64,000 nucleotides of DNA, from NCBI GenBank assembly GCA_044440125.1, contig JBITAJ010000015.1:192001-256000 (forward strand), in the 5' to 3' direction. Made by a program: the position numbers and the translations under genes. The DNA is from Sedimentisphaeraceae bacterium JB056. Lineage in GTDB: Bacteria; Planctomycetota; Phycisphaerae; Sedimentisphaerales; Sedimentisphaeraceae. Positions 8,837 to 18,915 of this stretch are shown here, piece after piece. Within the stretch, counting starts at the first letter, position 1. The number at the start of each line of letters is the position of its first letter. The notes under the pieces were generated by a model, which was not told the origin of the DNA, searched no databases, and saw only the letters and a program-made list of their open reading frames with translations.

Positions 8837-10996
8837 ATGTCTAAAATAATAAATGTTGCTAACAGATTGCCTGTAACTATCAAAGGCAGCAAGATAAATG
8901 CTTCCAGTGGCGGACTTGTTGCCGCAATGGAGGGGTTGGCTGATAAGTATGACCTTGAATGGGTCGGCTGGCCCGGGGCATCATTCAAATCACACCAAAA
9001 ACAAAATGAAATTGAGAGTAAGCTGGTAAATGATCATGGGTATCATCCTGTCTTTTTAAGCCGTAATGAGATATCAGATTTTTATAACGGTTTTTCCAAT
9101 TCCAGTTTGTGGCCATTGCTTCACTATATGACTAACTACGTGCGGTATGAAAAAAAATGGTGGGAACGATATGAACTTATAAACAATCGGTTTGCCGATA
9201 AGGTTATGGAAGTCGCTAAGAAAGGTGATATTGTATGGGTTCATGATTATCACCTAATGCTGTTGCCGAGTTTACTCAGAAAACGGGCGCCATGGTTAAA
9301 AATCGGCTTTTTCCTGCATACGCCGTTCCCTTCATATGAAATATTCAGATGCCATCCTAAGAGGTCAGAGTTACTGGAAGGTCTTATTGGAGCGGATTTG
9401 CTTGGCTTCCATACATTTGGTTATTTGAGGCACTTTAGAAGTGCTGTCATGAGGATTCTTGGTATTGAGACCGATATGAGCAGTATTAAGACTGATGATG
9501 GTTTGTGTCATCTTGGAACTTATCCCATAGGTATAAATACTGCTTCTTTTAAGTCGGAGCTTAGCAGTGAAAGATTTGAAAAGAAGAAGAAGTATTTTAC
9601 AGAACATTTCAAGGACAAAAGAATTGTTCTCAGTGTTGAAAGGCTCGATTATACTAAGGGGATACCTCGTAGGATAATGGCTATTGACAAGTTTCTTGAG
9701 AAATGGCCTGACCGCAGTAACATATGTTTCGTTTTTGTTGCTGTCCCATCAAGAGATGAAGTGTCGGAGTACCAGGATCTTCGGGATCAGGTAGAATCTC
9801 AGATTGGAAGAATAAACGGTAAGTATTCGACTCTTGATAATGTACCGGTAAGATTTATTCATCATTCGGTTGATTTTACGGAATTATGTGCGTTGTATTC
9901 TTTAGCTGATGTTGCTATGGTGACTCCTCTTATTGATGGGATGAATCTTGTTGCTAAAGAATATGCTATGTGCAAAAGCAATGGCGATGGAGCTTTGATT
10001 TTGAGTGAATTTGCCGGCGTTGCGCATGAACTTTTCAAGGCGATAAAAGTGAACCCTTATGATGTAGATGTTATGGCGCATGCTATTGAAGAAGCACTTA
10101 CAATGGATGTGAAAGATAAAACAAGACGTATGACAGGCATGTATGAACGCGTTAGCGAGTATGATGCCGTGTTCTGGGCTAATTCATTCTTGTCTGATCT
10201 TGCTTCTTACCAACCAAGAAAGGCCAGTAGTAATTACTTGCCGAATTCTAAGCAGAATATCAAGGATCGATTTGCTAAGGCTAAAAAGGTTGCCTTATTC
10301 CTTGACTATGACGGCTCTCTGAGAGAATTTCAGGATAGTCCTGAAAAGGCGAGTCCTACTAAAGAGATACTTGCTCTTTTGAGGAAAATCGCTTCCAGGA
10401 AAAATGTTGATGCACATATCATCAGCGGCAGAAAAGGGGAGAATCTTGAACAGTGGTTTGAGGGATTAAACTTGACGCTGATTGCTGAGCATGGTTTTGA
10501 GATGCGTCTCAAGGGAGAAGATAAGTGGCAGCCTTTGGCTGATTCGTACGATCATACGTGGAAACTTCAGGTGAGAAATGTCCTTGAGCAGTATTCCGGT
10601 ACTGTTCCGGGCAGTTTCATTGAAGAAAAAATATCCGCAATTGTCTGGCATTACAGACGTGCAGACCCTGAGTTTGGGCAGTGGAAGGCGAAGCATCTTG
10701 TCAACAGTCTCAACGAGATGAAAGCCAATCTGCCTGTAGAGGTTCACGAAGGAGCGAAAATTGTTGAGATAAGCTCTATGCAGATCAGCAAAGGAAATGC
10801 TGTTCAGAAATTGGTGGAAGGCAAGGGGTATGACCTTATAATTTGTGTAGGCGATGACTATACTGACGAGACGATGTTTAGGATACATGATCCCAGACTG
10901 CTTTCTATAAAAGTTGGTACCGGTGAGACTGCTGCCGATACAGTGGTAAAAGATCCTGCAGAACTTAAAAGACTTTTAAAGTCTATTTTGAATTGA
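8837..10996 (+). CDS. bifunctional trehalose-6-phosphate synthase/phosphatase
   Basis: GT20 motifs SSGGLV, WVHDYHL, FLHTPFP, RLDYTKG, DGMNLVAKEY; HAD domain LDYDGSL, HYRRADPE, GDDYTDE. Confidence 0.95.
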   Translation: MSKIINVANRLPVTIKGSKINASSGGLVAAMEGLADKYDLEWVGWPGASFKSHQKQNEIESKLVNDHGYHPVFLSRNEISDFYNGFSNSSLWPLLHYMTNYVRYEKKWWERYELINNRFADKVMEVAKKGDIVWVHDYHLMLLPSLLRKRAPWLKIGFFLHTPFPSYEIFRCHPKRSELLEGLIGADLLGFHTFGYLRHFRSAVMRILGIETDMSSIKTDDGLCHLGTYPIGINTASFKSELSSERFEKKKKYFTEHFKDKRIVLSVERLDYTKGIPRRIMAIDKFLEKWPDRSNICFVFVAVPSRDEVSEYQDLRDQVESQIGRINGKYSTLDNVPVRFIHHSVDFTELCALYSLADVAMVTPLIDGMNLVAKEYAMCKSNGDGALILSEFAGVAHELFKAIKVNPYDVDVMAHAIEEALTMDVKDKTRRMTGMYERVSEYDAVFWANSFLSDLASYQPRKASSNYLPNSKQNIKDRFAKAKKVALFLDYDGSLREFQDSPEKASPTKEILALLRKIASRKNVDAHIISGRKGENLEQWFEGLNLTLIAEHGFEMRLKGEDKWQPLADSYDHTWKLQVRNVLEQYSGTVPGSFIEEKISAIVWHYRRADPEFGQWKAKHLVNSLNEMKANLPVEVHEGAKIVEISSMQISKGNAVQKLVEGKGYDLIICVGDDYTDETMFRIHDPRLLSIKVGTGETAADTVVKDPAELKRLLKSILN

Positions 10997-11021
10997 TAAT
11001 TAGCGATGGAATTAAGCACAA

Positions 11022-12842
11022 ATGAACAATCTTGATTACGGCATCATAGGAAATTGTAAAAGCGCAGCATTGATAAATAAGCATGGCACTATTGAATGGT
11101 GTTGTTTGCCCAATTTTGATTCCGCCTTTATATTTGCGTCATTGCTTGACAAAGATAAAGGTGGAAGTTTTGGAATTGAGCCGGTTGGCGATTACGAGAT
11201 AAAGCAGTCTTACATGGATAAGACAAATATACTGAAGACAAAATTTACCAATGGCAATGATTGTTTTGCTGTAATAGATTTTATGCCGAGGTGGAAAGAA
11301 GACCCTTCCACTTACCACTGTCCTTCTGATGTTGTAAGATATGTTAAGCACATTTCAGGCAGGCCGCGTGTCATAATTAATTATGATCCAAAGCCGGGCT
11401 ATGCAAAGTATGAGCCTGTAAATGAGGTGATTGAAGATAAGTATATAAAGACTTCGACCAAATCAGGGCAGTACGAGTCTATTTATCTATACTCGGATAT
11501 TGATCTTAATGGTATTGATAAAGGTGAAGAGCTTGAGATAACCAATGATCATTATTTAGTTTTATCCTATAATCAGAAAATCAACAGGCCTGATCTTGAT
11601 AAAATTAAGCTTTCGTATCAAAAAACGAAAGCTTATTGGATGGATTGGTCTTCGAGAGGAAGGTTGCCTAAAAAGTATAAAGATTTGGCAGAACGAAGTT
11701 CCCTTACATTGAAGATGCTTGCTTATCAGAAAAGTGGTGCAGTCTTAGCGGCAGTCACTACGAGTTTGCCGGAGACAATAGGAAGTGTACGCAATTGGGA
11801 TTATCGTTTCTGCTGGATACGTGATGCTTCGATGACGATAAATGTCATGGCTAATATCAATCATTACAATGTTGTAAAGCGTTTTCTGGCTTTTATTCTT
11901 GATATAATTCCTTATAAAGATGAAAAGATACAGATCATGTACGGCATTGATGGCCAGCGGAACCTTGCTGAAAGAGATCTCGACTGGCTTGATGGTTATG
12001 AAGGATCAAAGCCTGTACGTATAGGCAATGATGCCTGGCACCAGAAACAAAACGATATATTCGGTATATTGCTTGACGCTATTTTCCAAAGTTTGTGTTT
12101 ATTCAATGGTAATATCAAAGCCATGGATGAGCTTTGGACTATAGTAAGAACTCTTTTAAGGCACGTAGAAACCAACTGGCGGAATCCTGATAAAGGTATA
12201 TGGGAGTTTCGTTCGCAGGACAGACATTTCGTGTTTTCCAAGATATTGTGTTGGGTCGCCGCGGACAGGACCGCAAGAATTGCCTCAATTTTCAATATGC
12301 GGGATTATGTCGTTAAGTGCCGTGATCTTGCCGAGGAGATACGAAAAGATATCATGGCAAATGGTATAAGTGAGACCAGTGGATGCTTTACTCAGGCTTA
12401 CGGTGAGGATTATCTTGATGCCGCCAATCTGCTGGCAGAGCAATATGGGTTTATTTCAGCACAACATCCCGTATACATTAAGACGGTAGAGAAAACATAT
12501 GAAAGGCTTTGTCATAACGGCCTTATGTATCGTTACAGAAATGAGGATGATTTTGGCTTGCCTGAATCATCGTTTACTGTTTGCAGTTTCTGGATGATAA
12601 AAGCTTTATGGAAGACGGGACGTACAACTCTTGCAGAGAAGATGTTTCAAGACCTGATCAGTCATTCCAATCATCTTGGGCTGCTCAGTGAGGATATTGA
12701 TTTTGAGAGCAGGCGATTGCTTGGTAATTTCCCGCAGGCTTACAGTCACCTTGCTCTTATAGACTGTGCGTTTACTCTTTCAGGCCAGGAGACTCTGAAT
12801 CTTGACTGTAATATCAAGATGCCGGATGTCGGGATTTATTAA
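11022..12842 (+). CDS. glycoside hydrolase family 15 (probable trehalase)
   Basis: DYGIIGNC, TTSLPE, RNWDYRFCWIRDA, GIWEFR, GNFPQAYSH. Confidence 0.92.
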   Translation: MNNLDYGIIGNCKSAALINKHGTIEWCCLPNFDSAFIFASLLDKDKGGSFGIEPVGDYEIKQSYMDKTNILKTKFTNGNDCFAVIDFMPRWKEDPSTYHCPSDVVRYVKHISGRPRVIINYDPKPGYAKYEPVNEVIEDKYIKTSTKSGQYESIYLYSDIDLNGIDKGEELEITNDHYLVLSYNQKINRPDLDKIKLSYQKTKAYWMDWSSRGRLPKKYKDLAERSSLTLKMLAYQKSGAVLAAVTTSLPETIGSVRNWDYRFCWIRDASMTINVMANINHYNVVKRFLAFILDIIPYKDEKIQIMYGIDGQRNLAERDLDWLDGYEGSKPVRIGNDAWHQKQNDIFGILLDAIFQSLCLFNGNIKAMDELWTIVRTLLRHVETNWRNPDKGIWEFRSQDRHFVFSKILCWVAADRTARIASIFNMRDYVVKCRDLAEEIRKDIMANGISETSGCFTQAYGEDYLDAANLLAEQYGFISAQHPVYIKTVEKTYERLCHNGLMYRYRNEDDFGLPESSFTVCSFWMIKALWKTGRTTLAEKMFQDLISHSNHLGLLSEDIDFESRRLLGNFPQAYSHLALIDCAFTLSGQETLNLDCNIKMPDVGIY

Positions 12843-12890
12843 TTGGCTTAAAGGCAGCGTATTGGTTCTGTATATTTTTTGTTACATGTA

Positions 12891-12918
12891 TTGCATTCTT
12901 TGTGAAAAGCAGTACAAT
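12891..12918 (+). promoter_or_regulatory. putative pgk promoter
   Basis: TTGCAT-16 bp-TACAAT. Confidence 0.5.
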
Positions 12919-13005
12919 AATCTGAGTTTGCAGATATAGAAGCGTGCCGGGATGCAGAGGCGGCGGCGTTTAATGAATTGAAATGAATTTTAACAGGATA
13001 GAAAA

Positions 13006-14244
13006 ATGGCAAAGAAAACAATTGCAGATGTAGAAGTAGCAGGTAAGAAAGTGCTTATCAGGTGCGATTTTAATGTACCTCTTGATGCAGACAAGAACAT
13101 AACAGACGACGCTCGTATTACTGCGGCTATGCCTTCGATTTCAAGTGTACTTGATCGTGGTGGCTGTGTTATACTTATGAGTCACCTTGGACGTCCTAAA
13201 GGTGAGAGAAATCCTGACTTCTCTCTTGCTCCTGTTGCAAAGAGACTCTCTGAACTTTACGACAGAGAAGTGATTTTTGCTGACGATTGCATTGGAAGTG
13301 ATGTAGAAGCAAAAGCGGCATCACTGAAAGCCGGTGATATAATGCTTCTTGAGAATCTTCGTTTCCAGAAGGCTGAGACTATTAAAGATAAGGCAGCCAA
13401 GGAAGATGCTCAGCTTCGTGAAGCTAAAGATAGTTTTGCAAAGCAGATTGCTGATCTTGCAGACATCTATGTATGTGATGCCTTTGGTACAGCTCACCGT
13501 GACAATGCTTCAATGCTTACAGTTCCTCAGATGATGGAAGGCAAACCAAGGGTTGCCGGTTTTCTTATCGAGAAGGAAATTGAGTTTCTTGGTGAGACAA
13601 TTGATAACGGTCAGAAGCCGTTTGTTGCTATTCTTGGCGGTGCAAAGGTTTCAGATAAGCTTCTCGTTATTGAAAACCTCATGTCAAAGGTTGATACTAT
13701 TATTATAGGTGGTGGTATGAGCTACACATTTGCTAAGGCTAAAGGCGAAAGCATTGGTAACAGCCTTTGTGAAGAGGATTTCGTTGATAAGGCTGGTGAG
13801 CTTCTTGAAAAGAGTAAAGATGGCGATTGCGAGATTCTGCTTCCTGTAGACTCTATCGTTGCTAAGGAATTCAAGGCTGACGCTGAAAATAAGGTTGTAG
13901 AAGGCGATATTGAAGATGGCTGGATGGGCCTTGATATTGGTCCTAAGAGTGCAGAGCTATTCGCAGCTAAAATCAAAAATGCTAAGACAGTTGTATGGAA
14001 TGGTCCTATGGGTGTTTTTGAGATGGAAGCTTTTGCCGGCGGCACAAAGACTGTTGCTCAGGCTCTTGCTGAGGCCACAAAAGCTGGCGCAAGAAGCGTT
14101 ATTGGTGGTGGCGATAGTGCAAGTGCTATCAAGAAACTTGGTCTCCAGAAGGAAGTAAGCCACGTTTCAACCGGTGGCGGTGCATCTCTTGAGATGATGG
14201 AAGGCAAGAAATTTGTCTGTCTGGCTATTCTTGACGAGAAATAA
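13006..14244 (+). CDS. pgk: phosphoglycerate kinase
   Basis: RCDFNVPL, SHLGRPKG, LLENLRF, DAFGTAHR, GGAKVSDK, WNGPMGVFE, STGGGASLE. Confidence 0.98.
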   Translation: MAKKTIADVEVAGKKVLIRCDFNVPLDADKNITDDARITAAMPSISSVLDRGGCVILMSHLGRPKGERNPDFSLAPVAKRLSELYDREVIFADDCIGSDVEAKAASLKAGDIMLLENLRFQKAETIKDKAAKEDAQLREAKDSFAKQIADLADIYVCDAFGTAHRDNASMLTVPQMMEGKPRVAGFLIEKEIEFLGETIDNGQKPFVAILGGAKVSDKLLVIENLMSKVDTIIIGGGMSYTFAKAKGESIGNSLCEEDFVDKAGELLEKSKDGDCEILLPVDSIVAKEFKADAENKVVEGDIEDGWMGLDIGPKSAELFAAKIKNAKTVVWNGPMGVFEMEAFAGGTKTVAQALAEATKAGARSVIGGGDSASAIKKLGLQKEVSHVSTGGGASLEMMEGKKFVCLAILDEK

Positions 14245-14269
14245 GACTTAGTTGAAAATTATTTTTTTT

Positions 14270-14308
14270 AAGCGGAGCCGGTTGTATGATCGGACTCCGC
14301 TTTTTTTT
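14270..14308 (+). terminator. intrinsic terminator after pgk
   Basis: AAGCGGAGCCGGT...ATCGGACTCCGCTT then T8. Confidence 0.85.
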
Positions 14309-14331
14309 ACGAATAAAACAGACTTGGAAAT

Positions 14332-15627
14332 TTGATGAAGATAAGTTGGCAGGATATACCGTTTTCTCCCCGTAAATGTCCGTTCTTCTATGGCTGGATA
14401 ATAGTTTTTGCTACTACCATAGGAATACTTGCAAGTATCCCGGGACAAACCATGGGGGTAGGTGTTTTTACTGAATCTATTAGTGCTTCACTCGGAATTT
14501 CACGTCTTGACCTAACTAAAGCATATTTTTGGGGTACTCTTACAAGCAGCTTGATATTACCATTTGCCGGTCGGTTACTGGATAAGATCGGTGCAAGGTT
14601 TATGATAGTCATTTCTTCGATGGGGCTTGCCTTGAGTTTGCTCATCATGTCACAGGTTGCAAAATTCACTTCTGGGTTAACTGTATTTTTCACCATAGCT
14701 GTAATGTCTTTTTGCTTTTTGCTGATCAGGTTTTTTGGTCAGGGGTGTTTGACTATGACATCACGTGTTACGATAGGCAAATGGTTCAATCACTATCGTG
14801 GACGTGCCGTTGCTATATCCAGTGTCCTTACCTCATTTGGATTCAATTCTTCGCCTCGATTTCTTAATCAGATACTGGATAATTTTGGTCTCGAAGGCAG
14901 TTATATTTTTATGGCGGTTTGTTTTGGCGGGGCAATGGCTGTGATAGGTTGGGTATTTTATCGAGACACACCTGAAAAATGTGGTCTCTTGATGGATGGT
15001 GGAGAGATCGTAAAGGCCGGCATTAAAGATATAATGTCGGAGAGTTTGAAGGATTTTAGCCGCAGTGAAGCAGTAAAGACCTTTTCTTTTTGGGTATTGA
15101 GTATGGCTACCGGGTCATTTGCAATGCTTTCAACTGCAGTGGTATTTCATATGGAGGCAATCGGAGACGAGTTTGGAGCAACAAGAGAAGTTTCGTATGA
15201 TGTGTTTTTGCCGATGGCCATATTCAGTGTTGTTTCAAGTTTTGCAGGAAGTGTACTAAGCGATAAAGTCAGGTTTAAATGGATTGTAATCGCGATGATG
15301 TTGGGTGAATTTATAGGGCTTTTAGGTCTTGCTGTTTTCGGTGATAATATTGGAAGAATAATGATGTTTTCCGGTTTTGGGATAGCAGGTGGATTGTTTG
15401 CCACGATTACGGTTGTGGGACTGCCTAAATTTTTTGGCAGGAAGCATTTAGGTGCCATAAGCGGCTTGAATATGTCAATAATGGTGTTTTCTTCTGCTGT
15501 TGGACCTTATCTATTTAGCCAATTGAAAGTTTGGGCTGGAAGTTTCAGGCAGGTTATCCCATTTGTAGTTCTTATTCCTGTTGTTCTATTGATAAGTTCG
15601 ATGAAGCTTAAGAATCCGCAGGAGTAG
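14332..15627 (+). CDS. MFS transporter
   Basis: about 12 TM segments; PFFYGW, GRLLDKIGAR motif A, KWFNHYRGRA, FFGRKHLG. Confidence 0.88.
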   Translation: MMKISWQDIPFSPRKCPFFYGWIIVFATTIGILASIPGQTMGVGVFTESISASLGISRLDLTKAYFWGTLTSSLILPFAGRLLDKIGARFMIVISSMGLALSLLIMSQVAKFTSGLTVFFTIAVMSFCFLLIRFFGQGCLTMTSRVTIGKWFNHYRGRAVAISSVLTSFGFNSSPRFLNQILDNFGLEGSYIFMAVCFGGAMAVIGWVFYRDTPEKCGLLMDGGEIVKAGIKDIMSESLKDFSRSEAVKTFSFWVLSMATGSFAMLSTAVVFHMEAIGDEFGATREVSYDVFLPMAIFSVVSSFAGSVLSDKVRFKWIVIAMMLGEFIGLLGLAVFGDNIGRIMMFSGFGIAGGLFATITVVGLPKFFGRKHLGAISGLNMSIMVFSSAVGPYLFSQLKVWAGSFRQVIPFVVLIPVVLLISSMKLKNPQE

Positions 15628-15731
15628 ACTTTACATATATATTCAATCATACCGCTTGATTCTTTCTGTGTTGAATATTTATAATCTTCTGATATAATGA
15701 AATTCTTCAAAGTTGAGGAATTGGGAGAATT

Positions 15732-16649
15732 ATGAGCGATTCTAATATTGGAAAGATGTTTGCAAGGCAGCTTGATATATTATTGGATATTGTCAGCACT
15801 AAGCCTCTTAAGCTTAGTGTTCGTAATGTTCATAAGGGTCGTGTTGCATCAAGACGTCTACGTGAAGTCCTCAAAAATCATTGCCTTGATGAATCAAAAC
15901 AAGATTCCAAAGCCGTCAAAAAAGTGAAGAAGTTTGCTGATTCTTTAAGCAATCTGAGAGATGCCGATGTTCAGCTTAAGTTTCTTGGTAGTTTTAGTGA
16001 TGATATCGCTGACGGCCAGAAGCAGAAAGTGTCTCCAGGTATTAAGTTTCTAAAAAAACAGCTCAAAAAAATAAGATCAAAACATGAGAAAAGGGCCAGG
16101 GAACGTATAAGAAAGCTTGAGATTACAGAAACTTTATACGGCATACGCAACAGATTACTGTCTGGCTATGCTTTGCTGGGAGAAGATAACAAAAGCCTGC
16201 TTTTAGAGGACAGAGTAAGAGACAATATGGTGAAAAGGCTTGATAAGGTAGCAGTTTCCCAGAAGGCATTACAATATCCTGAAGATACGGTCTTGCTTCA
16301 TAAAATGCGCATAGCATTGAAAAAATTACGATATTGTCTTGAATTTTATTCGCAATATAAGGAAGATGGTCTCAGTGATTTTATTGATAAGATAAAATAT
16401 TTTCAGGGTATAACGGGTCAAATACATGACCTTGATCAATGGCCCGCAAGAATTAAGTCTCTTGAATCGCATGTTCCAAATGAAGAGATAAACTATGGAG
16501 TAAAGTTTTTAGAAGAAAGTATTTTCGAGTCAAGAGATTGCTTGTTTGAAAATCTTGTTAAAGACTGGGAAAATTTGATTGATGATAATTTTTGGAATGA
16601 TCTGATTAGTTTTGTTAATTTGAAAGGTTTTAGCTTTGAACGAGAGTGA
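15732..16649 (+). CDS. CHAD domain (polyphosphate-binding) protein
   Basis: HKGRVASRRLR, LRDADV, LHKMRIALKKLRY, GQIHDLD. Confidence 0.88.
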   Translation: MSDSNIGKMFARQLDILLDIVSTKPLKLSVRNVHKGRVASRRLREVLKNHCLDESKQDSKAVKKVKKFADSLSNLRDADVQLKFLGSFSDDIADGQKQKVSPGIKFLKKQLKKIRSKHEKRARERIRKLEITETLYGIRNRLLSGYALLGEDNKSLLLEDRVRDNMVKRLDKVAVSQKALQYPEDTVLLHKMRIALKKLRYCLEFYSQYKEDGLSDFIDKIKYFQGITGQIHDLDQWPARIKSLESHVPNEEINYGVKFLEESIFESRDCLFENLVKDWENLIDDNFWNDLISFVNLKGFSFERE

Positions 16650-17247
16650 TAATGAGCCTTCTTATTGTTCTGAATTGGAGGCAGTTTCTGATGCGGCAAG
16701 ATACTATAATTACGAAAAGGCCCATTCTGATAATGTGCGAATGCTGGCAGTCAGAATATATGATCAATTGAAGGAACTTCACGGATTTGGCGGCAAAGAA
16801 CGCTTTATTTTGGAGTCAGCAGCTATATTACATGATATCGGTTGGCAAATAGCTCAGAGGAAGCATCACAAAAGCAGTATGAAATTGATAATTGCAGATG
16901 AGAGTATTCCGTTTGATTCTGAAACCAGAATCGCTGTTGCTCTTGTGGCTCGTTATCACCGAAAAAGTTTGCCCAAAGAAGGGCATGTTTATTACTGTGA
17001 ACTCAATCAGAGACAGCGATCAAGAGTAGATAAACTTTCGGCTATATTAAGAATAGCTGACGGTCTTGACAGAACTCATAATGGATATGTCAGTGATATA
17101 AGTTGTATTATCACTGAAAATCTTGTTACGTTTTTATGTGATTCAGCCAGCGATATATCTCCGGAGCTTGAGGCTGCAAAGCAGAAGTCAGATCTTTTTA
17201 TCAGGGCTTTCGGAAAGAATGTGAGATTTGACAAGACTTACAAATAA
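16636..17247 (+). CDS. stand-alone HD domain protein, Ppx/GppA C-terminal-like
   Basis: AAILHDIG, HHKSS, ARYHRKSLP, LRIADGLD; TTG start with AAAGG RBS. Confidence 0.82.
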   Translation: MNESDNEPSYCSELEAVSDAARYYNYEKAHSDNVRMLAVRIYDQLKELHGFGGKERFILESAAILHDIGWQIAQRKHHKSSMKLIIADESIPFDSETRIAVALVARYHRKSLPKEGHVYYCELNQRQRSRVDKLSAILRIADGLDRTHNGYVSDISCIITENLVTFLCDSASDISPELEAAKQKSDLFIRAFGKNVRFDKTYK

Positions 17248-17324
17248 AACGCTAACAAATTGCAATTATAATGATTCGGGGTGATTGTATTGTATATATT
17301 CTTAAGGTTGCAGGGTTTGCTGCT

Positions 17325-18878
17325 ATGAATAAAAAACAGCTTAAAAAAATACAAATGGCAGCTATTGATATCGGATCCAATTCGATACGGATGGCTATCG
17401 CTCAAGTCGGAGAAGACGGTAAGATAGAAATTCTTGAGCAGCTTCATCAGGCTGTGCATTTAGGTCAGGATACATTTCGTAGCGGCTATATAGAACGAAA
17501 AAGTATGAGATTGGCTGTGTCAATATTGCGAAATTATAAGCAAGTGATAGACTCTTACGAAATTAAAAATGTTCTTGCTGTAGCTACTACATCTGTGAGG
17601 GAGGCTGTAAATTCTGATGCATTTATTGATAGAATTGCTATGGCTACCGGTTTCGATGTGGAGGTTATAGATGCAACTGAGGAGGGCAGACTTACCGTTG
17701 CTGCCGTTCGCAACTCAATAGGTAAATCACTGAATATTGGTCATAAAAACACAATAATAGCGGAGGTTGGCGGCGGCAGTACTTTGATTACCGTCTTGCA
17801 GAGAGGTAAGATAATTCAGTCTTTGAGTTTGCCGATAGGTGCAATAAGGCTTAACGAAATATTTTCTGATTCGAGCCATGACCCTGCCGAGGTAGCAGCT
17901 TTGTTTGACAGGCATATAGCTGGAGCAACATCGGGATTGAAATCTCAGATCTCTGTCAATAAAATATCTGTGTTTATCGCATTAGGGTCTGATATGAGAT
18001 TTGCTGCCCGCCAAGTTGGCAGGAAGATAGGCAGTTCTGATTTTTACAGTCTCGCAAAGTCTGATTTCGATAGTGTTTTGTCGGTTTGCAAGAAGTTTGA
18101 TGCTCAGCAGATAGCGAATAAGTATGGATTGGCTTTTCCTGACGTTGAAACTCTTTGTCCAGCCCTTTTTACTTACAAGAATCTTATAGAGCTTATGGGA
18201 GTTAACGAGATTATAGTTTCGCCAGTTTCGATGAGAGAAGGACTTCTGGTTGAACTTCTGGCAAGGATTACAGGTGCCCAAGACAGGGGGCTTTTTGAAG
18301 CAGTTATAAACTCGGCTAAAGCTATAGCTCATAAATATCAGGTTGATACATCTCATTATGAAAAGGTATATGAATTTTGTGAAAAACTCTTTGATGATCT
18401 TAAAGATCTTCATCGTATGGATACTCGAGATAGGCTTCTTCTAAGAGTTGCGGCTATTGTGCATGAGATAGGTATATTTGTTTCTACAAGAGCGCATCAT
18501 AAGCACAGTTATTATCTTATCTCAAATACTGAGATATTTGGATTAAATCATACAGAGATAATGATTGTTGCTCATATATCAAGATATCATCGTCGTAATT
18601 CTCCAAAACCGAATCATACAGAATATATCAATATGCCGCGAAAAATGAGGATTACTATTTGCCGTCTTGCGGCATTATTGAGAATATCCGATGCTCTTGA
18701 TTGTGAGAGAACTCAACAGATTCGTTTGCTTAAGACAGAGATGACTGATGATGAACTTATCCTTTATGTTGAAGGAGGAAAGGGACTTGCCCTTGAACGA
18801 AGGTCGCTTGCTGAAAAGAGTGATCTTTTCGAAGATATTTACGGTTTACGTGTCAGGCTCCAGACAGTCGGCAGTTAG
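17325..18878 (+). CDS. ppx: exopolyphosphatase Ppx/GppA
   Basis: AAIDIGSNSIRM, ATTSVREA, EEGRL, EVGGGST, SMREG, C-terminal HE-type HD-like domain; start 17271 also possible. Confidence 0.92.
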   Translation: MNKKQLKKIQMAAIDIGSNSIRMAIAQVGEDGKIEILEQLHQAVHLGQDTFRSGYIERKSMRLAVSILRNYKQVIDSYEIKNVLAVATTSVREAVNSDAFIDRIAMATGFDVEVIDATEEGRLTVAAVRNSIGKSLNIGHKNTIIAEVGGGSTLITVLQRGKIIQSLSLPIGAIRLNEIFSDSSHDPAEVAALFDRHIAGATSGLKSQISVNKISVFIALGSDMRFAARQVGRKIGSSDFYSLAKSDFDSVLSVCKKFDAQQIANKYGLAFPDVETLCPALFTYKNLIELMGVNEIIVSPVSMREGLLVELLARITGAQDRGLFEAVINSAKAIAHKYQVDTSHYEKVYEFCEKLFDDLKDLHRMDTRDRLLLRVAAIVHEIGIFVSTRAHHKHSYYLISNTEIFGLNHTEIMIVAHISRYHRRNSPKPNHTEYINMPRKMRITICRLAALLRISDALDCERTQQIRLLKTEMTDDELILYVEGGKGLALERRSLAEKSDLFEDIYGLRVRLQTVGS

Positions 18879-18915
18879 ATTGATTAACAGACTAAGATGA
18901 AAATAGAGAATTAAA

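Noticed and set aside
16620..16650. Possible frameshift splitting a CHAD-HD fusion
   Set aside because: The HD ORF has its own AAAGG RBS 8 nt before TTG 16636 and CHAD appears complete; two coupled genes is the simpler reading
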